DNA from: Massalongia carnosa
Taxonomy: Eukaryota
Reading direction: 5' to 3'
Length of the DNA stretch: 64,000 nucleotides
Assembly: GCA_965645245.1 (NCBI GenBank)
Contig: OZ287071.1
Coordinates: 1,240,001 to 1,304,000 of the forward strand
Positions within the stretch are counted from its first letter, which is position 1, and every line of letters begins with the position of its first letter. Below the pieces are notes generated by a model, which was given only the letters and a program-made list of their open reading frames with translations, was not told the DNA's origin and searched no databases. Position numbers and translations under genes: made by a program. Below, piece after piece: positions 28,401 through 39,043 of the stretch.

Positions 28401-30401
28401 AGTCGCGCCGACAAGAAGACAGACACTGCTGATCGGTCATTAAGATGAAATCATTTATTTATAAGATTCCCCACCCAAAATCTCAGTAAGCCGTTGTGAT
28501 GATTGATGACATACATCGTCTCATATGGCAAAGCTGTTCGTAGTCCTTCGATTGTTCGTCGATGTCGTTCTCGACTCCAGACAATCTGCATTATCCACGT
28601 ATCTTCAAGGCAGCATTCTGCACCTCTCACATACAAAATATGCGCCCGTGCCAAATTCCGTCAATGCGCATCCTGTTGCTGGCGACCCCGCACCACGACA
28701 GGATGAAGCGTCTCGCCCACCTATCCAAAACGAGGATCAGTGACAGTCCTTCCGGAGTGTTGCGTGCGCAGCGTAACTAAGTCTCTGTTGTGATCGAGGA
28801 TGGAGGAACTTTCGTTGGCGGCTAGTCCTCATCCAATTCAAATCCGAGCACTCCTTCCCATTGAAGAAGGCAAAGGGATCGTATCCTTCACGTGAGCCTA
28901 TCGATTACTGGTGATCCACAAGCGACAACCATAATCGATAAGTAATGCCCCAGACAAGGTCTCCGATTGTTTGACCTTCTGTGAAATTCACAAAACATCA
29001 AAAATAAATACCCGGAAATTATGCATATTGATTGTCGTTCCCAGTCCGTCATGAACCCATGACTTAACGGGAAATCCTCTTCACTGGCAGTTGGTTGGCG
29101 ACTGTAGCAAAGTTTACCCCATAAAATACCCACCACTGCGACATTGACTCCATATCCGTCGGATGTGTCGATACATTTTACTGGATCGGTGTTCTCGTAC
29201 TCCCGTTCTGGTTTGCACATCGGCACCGATGCGTAGCTCGTACAGCTCAAAGCTGAAGAAGTCCATCAATCATATCAACGAGGAAGCGATCCCTGCTCAA
29301 GGAGACACCCTGTCTCAGGCCTTTGTTGCTAGTGCATCACCGGTTCACGAAGGACCCTTTATTTTTTTTAAAAAATGGTGATTTGAGTTGTGATCGGTGG
29401 CCACATCTTTTGGTAGCAGCGAATCTTTTTTAGTACCCACCCACCCTGGAGAGACATCTTGCCGCTTTCTCCCTTCACATCGGTCTCAATTTCCCAGCCA
29501 GATCTTGCCATCCTGCCAACTCTGATTCCGGCCTGTCATTCGTCATACTTTCTTTTTCCCAGCCTAGTCCGACGCTTATTCACATGTACTACCTACCCAT
29601 GGCCGACCCCCGATTCGTAGTCAGCCAGGCGCGGTAGCTGCAAAGCGTAGAGTGGAAGGCCAGCAAGCTTGCGTCAGCCCGGGATGTTGCTGAATCAGGC
29701 GGCGTTGGAAAAGCTGAGCAAGTGAGAAAGGTTTAGGCACAGGCACACAGGCACACTAACTAGTGCATGCGACCGGGAAAGATAGAACTGCGCCATTCAC
29801 ATCCTCCCGAATCCCCATACACTTTCCGTCCTGTTAGCTTTCTTTCGTTCGTAAAGTTTTTTTTCTCTCTTTCATTTTTGGTGTGTTTCTCTCGCCTAAG
29901 TGGCTCAAGTGGAGGGCGCTCTTGCCTGCAAGCGTATGTGCTGCCACTTAGGCCAGCGTTACTTTATCCGGTCACAGTCCTAGATTTTCGTTCTTGTACA
30001 TCCTCTATCAACAGGTTTCAAATCCTCTTGTCGACAGCCAATTTTTTTTCTTATTCACCACTTCTTCGTGCATTTACTTTTGGGAGATAATTAGAAGAGG
30101 GCTCTTTCATTACTTGCCTTTTTCCGATTCATCGACCAGTCATTCCTTCGGCAATCTGCCTATAAACCATCTGATATAATTAAGTCGAAACTGTATTAAC
30201 CATCCTCGGCATCGTCGCTACGTCGCACCCAAATCCAACATCAATAACAACTATTAGACAGAAACCTGAATATTCCGATCTATTGTCCGTCGCTCCTTCG
30301 ATTAGTTTCGCCTTGCCAAGTAAAAATAAAATAAAAACCATCCCCCAAACGTTACATTTTCAAGAAAATCAAAACTGAAAGATAAAGAAGCCTTATTCCG
30401 G

Positions 30402-30479
30402 GTAAGGGATATCTAAAATAATATGAAGTGCATTTACTGATGCGTCAATGCCTCAAGTTTGATAATATTATTCTTTCAG
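30402..30479 (+). other. Predicted 5' UTR intron of SEB1 ending 2 nt before the ATG
   Basis: GTAAGG donor at 30402; pyrimidine-rich TTCTTTCAG acceptor at 30479, followed by caATG. Confidence 0.55.
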
Positions 30480-30481
30480 CA

Positions 30482-32506
30482 ATGGATAGTTCTCACCAAA
30501 TTCATCCACCCCAAGTTTTGGGCAACCCAGCTTTTTTCTATTACAATCCAGATTTTAATGCAGATCACCGACAGCATGGTCATTTCTCGCCTCATCCAAC
30601 GGCGGTGCAGGAAGATATGCAATCGCAGCACCACGGGTATACACAGAAGATAACTTCGGAGCATTCTCAAGGCATGTATCCACGGCGGCTCTCATCTGGT
30701 TCGCCCCCATATTTGCATTCCAAGTCGCAAGTTTCCATCCAACCTAATTATACACCGATGGCGTCTCCTCGTCCTATGCACCAAAAATCATCTTTTTTAT
30801 GCCAACAGGACGGCCAGCATCTTTCTTTGGACACGGAATGCCGGACCCCTGACGTGTATGTGTATCCTTCGACGCCGCCATTGTCCATCTCTGGGAGTTC
30901 TATCAGCAGTTCACCATCAACCTATAGTCTTTTACCCACGCCCATGTCTGGTCCTTTTTTTACTCTTCAAAATATTGAGGGAGTTAAGGAGGGTTGTGAG
31001 GGAGAGGTCAAGAGTGAAATCCTTGCCGGCGGGGATTGGACTCGGTCATGTTCACCACCTTTGACACCTGGTAAGTACTTCACTGCTGAATCTCCTGGTT
31101 GAATCGATATTGTTGCGTTACTGGGTGTCTTAACTTTGAAGAATTTGCACGTGACGATAAAATACACGATCACAAAAATACAACGATCTAGTTCAGTCTA
31201 ATATTTGAAAATTACAGTATTTATCCACCCGCAATCGGTTACCGCTAGTCTATCTCCCGACCTCCTTTCGATTAATTCTTGCCCTTCACTCTCTCCATCA
31301 CCTTCACCAATCTCACATTCCGCCGTCTCTGATACTGATTACGACTTTTGCGACCCACGCAATCTTCTTGTTGATTCACCAAGTTCAAGCTTCAGCAGCG
31401 TAGCCGTTGATTTTCCACCCCTGCCCACATTGTGTTCAGGGGACGACGAAGAACACAAATATCTGCTAGGAGGGGACTCGATCCTAATCAAACCCGAGTC
31501 ACAGTTTCACAAACCATATGAGTCGCTGGGTATATCTACGCTAGGTGGCCTTCCAACCTTTGACACATTTTCCGATCTCGACTCGGAAAACGAGTTTATC
31601 ACCGATCTCGCCAAGTTTTCGCCCAACGAGTCCACACCCTACCTCGGCAATAAGAGACAACGACTTGATCTGATATCCTTTGATGACGAAGAATTCCTAA
31701 GCGAGGACAGCTTTGAAGACTTTGATCACCTCGATCAATTTGCGTCGGCTAGTCTTTCAAGCCTTTTGGAGCAAGGGGCAAGTTATTTCATTGCCGACGA
31801 CATACCCATCAAGATGAAGCCCAAAAGACGCATTGCCTCCAAGAAGTTCGCGAAGAAGTCTATGTCAGATAACGATACCGACGACAGCGATAAGGGATCT
31901 AACCATCAAACTCAGTCGTACGCTGCTAACTCGCAGCCGCAGCAAACATCAGGGGCACAGCAAACATCAGCCGCTTCCGAAAGCCAAGGGGGTTCGTCTG
32001 ATGGACATGCTGTCGCATCGAACTCCAATACTACTGCTACAAATCTCCAGCCCGTCAATCGTCGCGGTCGCAAGCAGTCCCTTACTGAAGATCCTTCAAA
32101 AACATTTGTCTGCACCCTCTGTTCTCGTCGATTTCGTCGCCAAGAGCATCTCAAACGCCATTATCGGTCTCTCCATACTCATGATAAGCCCTTTGAGTGT
32201 AATGATTGTGGGAAAAAGTTCTCTAGAAGCGACAACCTCTCCCAACATGCTCGTACCCACGGGAGTGGTGCCATCGTTATGGGTGTTCTCGAAGACGGAG
32301 AGTTACCTCCTCCTGAGGGCGCAGAGTCGATGGATGAACGGGATACTGGTGCATTGGGTGCAGTTTTATTTGAGGCTGCTCAAGCTGCTGCGGGAAATAC
32401 ATCAAGCAGCTCCTCTTCAAGCGGAAGTTCTGTACGTGACAGCTTGAGCCCGGCACCTTCCATCGAGAATGCCAAAGTCCTGAAGAAGCGGAAAAGGGAA
32501 GAATAA
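30482..32506 (+). CDS. SEB1: C2H2 zinc-finger stress-response transcription factor Seb1/MsnA (Msn2-like), 2 coding exons
   Basis: [67 protein letters not shown]-terminal YPSTPPLS and W.RS.SPPLTP; intron 31071-31218 (GTAAGT..TACAG). Confidence 0.92.
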
Positions 32507-34081
32507 ATGCAGTTATGGGTGGTAAGAATAACGGGGCTTGTATGATATCCCTCTACGAGATACACGAAGCAATGTGGTTGTTGGCGTGGCGAGCGACGTG
32601 GGCTGTGGCACCGGATGGCATTTTGCCCCCAATAGTGTTGGCTCTCTTCGTCGTGGAGAGCAGTACATCTGTACTCGTACGGAGCTAGATTAGAAAGGCG
32701 TTTGCTCTGCACATTAGCGGGTTGACAGGACGATGGGGGGATGAGGAAAGGGTTCGGGTGGATTTCCCTGGTGTATGGAGATATTGAAGCAACGGAGGGG
32801 GAAGATGTTGTTCATTACCTTCTTTTCCGTGTACCACTAGAGCGATGGCGGATTTCTGTCGGCATCTTGTATCTTACTTTTCTTCTATCAAAACCTGTTT
32901 GCGGAATTGAGGAGTTGTGGCTAACACCTAGCTGCCTTGGTGCTGGGCATCTGCCTCCATAGCATATCTACAGAGTACATGCAATAAACATATGTACCAG
33001 GATTATTGATGGGTTTCAACGACAACATAAAAACATCGGAAGGCAGACAAAGTTCATTGATCCGTTGGCGGATTATCTTGGTAGGTGTTGTAGCAGAGTC
33101 TCTTTCCCGCCTCCGTCTTTTTTCTCCTTTTTTTTCCCTCTTTGCAAACCTCTTCTACCGTATCACCTGCATCGGTGACAGGCCATGCAGACATTCCCAC
33201 CGCGATCCACGACTCATACGGGACAAACCCCAAGCCATGAGAAATGCTGCCAGCATATCTAATTCCATCACACCCAGCACCGTAACTAACGCTCGAGTCC
33301 CTTCCCTCCAAGAAACCCTTTTCCGCCTATGGTGGTGGTGGTGCATCCCTTAGCTCGTTTACCTCTAGCAAAATCCTGAAACCAGGTACTCTGTAACTAG
33401 ATCGATGTCACAACGCAGCTGGAGGGAAAAGAGTGGAGATAAAGAGTGAGAGGGTGTGCAAATTACCGCAAAAAACGCACAACATGATCTAATGATGCAT
33501 GGCCCGCCTGCGATTGTCGGAACCCGACAATGGCAGCAGCTTTCCTCCAGCTAGTTATCTAGCTACTATCTATCTCCGGAGTTCCTGGACCCCCCTTTTC
33601 CCTTTCGTCTTACGATAGAGGAGGAGGAAGAAGAAGAAGAAGAGGAGGACTCGAGTCGTACGGCATTTATATTATGCATACGTGAAACAAAGTTGGGTTA
33701 CGCTGTCCTTGGGAAATACCCCCCGGTGGCTTCTAAGCAGTGTTTAGTTAGTGGCAAAACGTGCAGGCTGCTGCTGCTGCAACACCTACCTACCGGTCTG
33801 GAGAATTTTCATCCTGGTGTTTGGGAATACACTTTTGCTCTTCCCCTACGGCCTCAACACTCTCGAAGCCAGCTAGATCTAGGCTAACGAGTTTTTTTTA
33901 GAATCTGCAATGAATCCTGTACCCTTTTGTACAGTACCTACCTCGGACAAAGTAGGTACCTATCAAACCCTTTGTGCGGCCACCTATGTACAACCATTCC
34001 ACCAATTCACATCCTCCCGTCCCTACACTGCCATCTCACCCCATTCACATTCCAGTTCCCCCACCTCCCCAACCGCAAGCA

Positions 34082-36415
34082 ATGGCCTTACCCATCCACA
34101 ACGTTATTGCCCTCATCTCGGGCGGCAAAGACTCCTTCCTCGCCCTTCTCCACTGCCTCGCCCAAAATCATCGCATCGTTGCCCTAGCCAACCTGCACCC
34201 TGCCGTCCCCTCCATCGCCGGCGACGCAGACAGTTATATGTACCAGACAGCTGGGCATACGCTAATCCCGCTCTACGCTTCTGCGCTTCCCCACATTCCT
34301 CTCTACCGCCAGGCCATCCATGGCTCCGCCCTCCATGAAGAGCGCGATTATAATCACGATACTGCTCCTACATCCTCTTCCAGGTTGGAGAGCACGGTGC
34401 GAGCGCAGCAAGGGGAGCAGATGGCTGATGAGACGGAATCCCTGACGTCGCTGCTCCGACGAATTGTGGCCGCCCACCCTGATGCCACCGCCGTCGTGTC
34501 CGGCGCCATCTTATCCACGTATCAGCGTACGCGCATTGAATCCGTGGTGCTCCGTCTTAGCCTCCTTCCTCTTGCACCGCTATGGCAGTACCCATTCCTT
34601 CCCACCCCAGTTTCACGCCCTACAGGGCTGCTGGAAGACATTGCAGCCCTAGGACTCGAAGCACGGATCGTGAAAGTGGCGTCTGGAGGATTGGACGAGG
34701 GGTTTTTGTGGGGAGACCTGAGGGATGAAGGGTTCCGGCGGAGAGTGGAGAAAGGGGTGGGGATGTTCGGAGGCAGTGCGTTGGGGGAAGGAGGAGAGTT
34801 TGAGACACTTGTCCTTGATGGGCCATCAGAGGTTTGGAAATGCAAGCTCGTGGTGGAAGAGCGGGAGAGGGTGGTGGGAAAGGGAGAAGGTGGGGAAGCA
34901 TGGCTAGATTTTCAGGGAGGAACGGTGGTTAGGAAAGAGGAATCAGATGATGGCAGCTGGAGGGAACGGCTGAATATTCCAAGGCTGTGGGAGGAGGGTT
35001 TTGAGTCATTGGTAGGAAGGATTGGTGAATCAATCGAGCTGGCTGTAGATGGCTGTGGTAAAGTTGGTGGTGAGACTTCCGAAGAGGCTGAATGGACGGT
35101 GAAAGAAATCGTAACTAACAATGGCTTCACTCTCAACATCTCCAACCTGACGACAGCGTCCGCTGGTCCGACAGCACAGCTGCAAATGACGGCTATAATC
35201 GCCCATTTATGTGATCTCCTCGCCACCCACAACCGCTCCCCATCTGATGTCATATTCACAACCCTTCTCTTACGATCCATGGCCGATTTCGCTCTTATAA
35301 ACGCTGCCTACGTGCCTCTCTTTCGAGCCCCAAACCCGCCAGCGCGCGTTACTGTCTCGTGTGGAGATGCCCTACCGCAAGATGTGAAGGTCATGGCATC
35401 TTTCATTGTGAATATGGGCCTGGCAAAGAGTCGGGACGGACTGCACGTGCAATCACGTTCGTATTGGGCGCCAGCGAATATTGGACCTTATTCGCAGGCG
35501 ACTGCCGTCAGGTTCGAAAATCAGGATGAGGGGGTTGAAAGCGAGGCGCAGGGCGCATCTTTGGTGTTTGTGGCTGGACAGATCCCATTAGTGCCAGTAA
35601 CGATGGAACTGGTAGAGGCTGATAGCTGGGACGATGATCGAAGCAAAAGTCTGGACCTTGGATTCTGCACGCAAACTTCCTTGGCCCTACAGCACTTATG
35701 GCGTATCGGAAAGGCCATGGAGGTGGAGTGGTGGATGGGAGGTGTGGCTTTCATCACTGCGAAGAGTTTGGATGCTGCAGAGAGGAGAGCGAAAGCTGCG
35801 TGGTTGGCGTGGAGCATGGTGCATGAGCCAGATTTTGGGGGGAGGGGCAATGGGAAAATAGATGAGGAAGACGGGCTTGATCCTTGGGATAAGAAATTTG
35901 GTGGTATGGGGGATTTTGCAAACCAAGAGAAAAAGCAGCATCTTCCGGATTTTGAGAGGCTGCTGCTTAATGACGGGGACAATTTGAGAAACAAACTCGT
36001 GCCAGGCTTCTTTGCGGTTCAAGTTGATGAGTTACCGCGCGGGTCACAGATTGAGTGGCACAGCCTTGGGGTTAAGAATGCGGACGTCAACCTAGGATCT
36101 GAGCGAAGTGAAGGATCCATTACGACGAGCTGCGCCCTCGCAACCGGCGATAGAACCATGCTCTACGTCGGAATTCTCCCAGGTCAGCCTCTTGGAACGG
36201 AGATATCGAAGCTCCTCGATGGGTTGAAGAAGTCGCTCAAGGACGCCGGTGAAGCGCGAACGAGAACTCAAAGACTGCACTGGATCGTTTACACGCCTCC
36301 AAAGGCCAACCTTCATGGAGTGGAGGCACAAATAATCCCTTGCAGATCTGTTTGGGGCCCTGAGGGAACTCGACTCTCCGCGGGTATTGTGATTCATATT
36401 GAGGACAACAAATGA
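34082..36415 (+). CDS. DPH6: Diphthine--ammonia ligase with C-terminal YjgF/RidA-like domains
   Basis: VIALISGGKDS PP-loop, DSYMYQTAGH, GAILSTYQRTRIE, GEGGEFETLVLDGP, LHVQSRSYWAPANIGPYSQA, VAGQIPL; intronless; in-frame ATG 34082. Confidence 0.95.
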   Translation: MALPIHNVIALISGGKDSFLALLHCLAQNHRIVALANLHPAVPSIAGDADSYMYQTAGHTLIPLYASALPHIPLYRQAIHGSALHEERDYNHDTAPTSSSRLESTVRAQQGEQMADETESLTSLLRRIVAAHPDATAVVSGAILSTYQRTRIESVVLRLSLLPLAPLWQYPFLPTPVSRPTGLLEDIAALGLEARIVKVASGGLDEGFLWGDLRDEGFRRRVEKGVGMFGGSALGEGGEFETLVLDGPSEVWKCKLVVEERERVVGKGEGGEAWLDFQGGTVVRKEESDDGSWRERLNIPRLWEEGFESLVGRIGESIELAVDGCGKVGGETSEEAEWTVKEIVTNNGFTLNISNLTTASAGPTAQLQMTAIIAHLCDLLATHNRSPSDVIFTTLLLRSMADFALINAAYVPLFRAPNPPARVTVSCGDALPQDVKVMASFIVNMGLAKSRDGLHVQSRSYWAPANIGPYSQATAVRFENQDEGVESEAQGASLVFVAGQIPLVPVTMELVEADSWDDDRSKSLDLGFCTQTSLALQHLWRIGKAMEVEWWMGGVAFITAKSLDAAERRAKAAWLAWSMVHEPDFGGRGNGKIDEEDGLDPWDKKFGGMGDFANQEKKQHLPDFERLLLNDGDNLRNKLVPGFFAVQVDELPRGSQIEWHSLGVKNADVNLGSERSEGSITTSCALATGDRTMLYVGILPGQPLGTEISKLLDGLKKSLKDAGEARTRTQRLHWIVYTPPKANLHGVEAQIIPCRSVWGPEGTRLSAGIVIHIEDNK

Positions 36416-37690
36416 AGTAGAAGATCCCCACAGCATGTCGGCTTTGAAATCCACATCGAAATGTCGGCTTACGGGCGCAAGGTTCACCACGCTCATAGGT
36501 ATTCACCCCAACAAAGCTCGGAACCAACTACTTACACAGATTTGTTCTTTGAGAGGTTAGATAGGCTAACGCAAAGACTTTCTTATTCACGGACTATCAG
36601 CGCATTTCTTGTAAGCCGCCGTTAAATATGGCCGCACTGGCTGGTGAACTGGTCATAAAATCTACATTTTCCTTCCGTTAAAGGAAATAAGAAATAGCGA
36701 ACTCTCATTGCGATGTTCGAAGCCCTATGACAGCCCCGATGTGCCCAGACCAGTTTATTCCTATACGCCTATGTTTCATCATTAACTTTAGGGTCTAGGA
36801 ATTCGTGAAGTTTGTTTTGATAGTCACTAGGTGGAATGACGCTGCCATCTTTTGGCAGCCGTCATATATGGTCATGTGTACGTTTTCCTTATTTGACCTT
36901 GCTAGTCATATCCGACAGGGAGACGGATATTTACATGCTTTTGTCAGGATTGCTGTTGACGATTAAGCATCACGAAGGTACGAAAGACGTCGGTTTAACT
37001 TTCTTCTGAACCATATATTTGCAAAGGTATAGTGGGTTAACCAATAGGCTTCCGAGGACGACAGACTTTTTTCCGCTGTTGTTAAATCTTTGCCAAAAGG
37101 CACGTAGTCGATCAAACTCAAACGCGAGTACTCGTCCTGGCATTGACGAACTGTCATCTGGACCAGCATTACTGGATGATGCTGTAGGATGATGTAAACT
37201 CTCGATATTGTTTTTGGGCATGCCTTTAAAGTTTATTCTCCCTAGCCAGGTTAGCGGTAGTCTAAGATATATACCGACCTACTTTTACGAGCTGGAGTAT
37301 GCACTCGAGCCCTGATAAAACTATCCTGCGTGGTTTTCTGCGTCCGATATTCATGGACTAGCAACGTCAAGGCGCAACGACCTAGGCTAAGCGGACCGAG
37401 TATGGTCATGATACTCGATGCAGAAAGTGCCTCAGCATTATGCGCTCATATTGCACGCCTCGTTCAGATCGATCCATCCTCAATTGGCTTTGGTGCCTTG
37501 TATTGGATTTGACGAAAATCTTAAAGCACAACGACTAGTTGACTGCGAAATTTTAGTCATCTGGTTTTGAAAAAACCCTGTTAGTGTTGATGAAGCATAT
37601 AAATATGTTCATATATTCCTCCATGTGAATGTATCAGATAAATTCCCCCTACGTTCAAATCCGCATCTATCATCTCTTGTCTTGCTCGTC

Positions 37691-38336
37691 ATGCATTTTT
37701 TTTTCACTCTCCTTGCGGTCCTTTTCAGGGCTACTGCGTTCTCGTCTCCAGTTTTTGATGGGGAAGTCCAATGGAACGATCCTGTCCAAGATTTCCCGGA
37801 TCTCGGATCGACTGCCTCATCGAAGGAAGTTAGATTAGAAGCAAGCGCCGATGGAGATTTATTGAACTCGCAGCCAGTGACGGCAAACCGGTATAGCTTC
37901 GTCGTTTCCGACTGGAGGTGTTACCTGCCAAGGGATTTTATCATGTGCTGCGGCGATGGCTTCATTGGCTGCATAAACTGTAAGATTCAAAACTTCTGAT
38001 CTCCTCCCCTGAAGAGAAGCATAGCCTGTCAATCATTGCTAAAAGCCCGCAAAGTTTGCTTACCTCTCTCGGTTCATTTATAGATGATCCCTCAAATCTA
38101 GCGTGTAAAATTGGCTGTGGCATTAGCTGTTGCTATAACATAGACGCTACTCGCGACAAATATGATCCAACGGTATGCAATGTCTTCCCATTCCTCCTTT
38201 CTGGGAGTTAGAGACATGAGGTTGCTTATGGATGTGGTTCCTGTCCGATACGGAAGACGCTGACACAGTGCTTGTGGTCTAGGCGGCTTCTAAATGTTAT
38301 ACATCTGCCATTCGGATACCCAACTTACATACATAA
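37691..38336 (+). CDS. Small secreted cysteine-rich protein, 3 predicted exons
   Basis: TATAAA at ~37598; signal peptide MHFFFTLLAVLFRATAFS; introns 37980-38083 (GTAAGA..TAG) and 38173-38282 (GTATGC..GCTGAC..TAG) keep the frame open to TAA 38334-38336; 9 Cys in the C-terminal half. Confidence 0.7.
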
Positions 38337-39043
38337 CAATACCTGGACGGATGTAAGGTTTCCAAGGCGCATCCAGAGGTTTTTGATATCTGGTGCTGGT
38401 TACTAAAAGGTTGACAAACCTTAGCGAAGTGGCCTGCGGCCCCGATGATTTTTGGGAGCCTTTGTGATTTTGGTCTTGAAGATTCGAGCTTGCACTAGCT
38501 TTCTTCCTGCTATCGTGCTCGACTGATTCAAGCAAGCTTCTACTACTTTTAGATCTTCACGTTTCATGGTTAGTTCATCAGGAAGATCAGCTCTCCTGTG
38601 GCTGTTCAGGTTAACATTCAAATACTTGGTGACTCCAATTAACAGACTTAAGGGTTGAATAGGGAGTGTTGACGATCAAAATCGAAGCTCATAAAGTAAA
38701 AGGCTGCTCTCATTCTTATCTACCTCGGTTTCTATTCTTCAATGCCATGTGCTGTATTCTGTCAATGAGATAAATACTTTCGTGATTCATTTTCAGGAGA
38801 TTATTGTGCCTGGCCGGAATTGGGGGTTATTAATGTCCTATACGTAGTGAACTTAGTTACGTATTCCCAACGAAAAGACACTTTCTCCCAAGTTACTGAA
38901 ATCGTACATCCGTATATTTAATTTTACTCATAAGCAAACACTCGATAATAGCACTGGCATGGTGAAGAAATTTAAGAGCCTTCAAAGATGTAAATTCTCG
39001 GGTTGCATTTTCTTTGCTAAGGTATAAGATTCAGGTTTCCGAT

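Noticed and set aside
28800..28860. tRNA T-arm-like TTCAAATCC
   Set aside because: No cloverleaf stems or A-box could be built around it.
20145..30179. Dozens of short ORFs in the ATG1-SEB1 interval
   Set aside because: Often non-ATG starts, low complexity or random-like composition; no domain, transposase or reverse transcriptase motif recognised.
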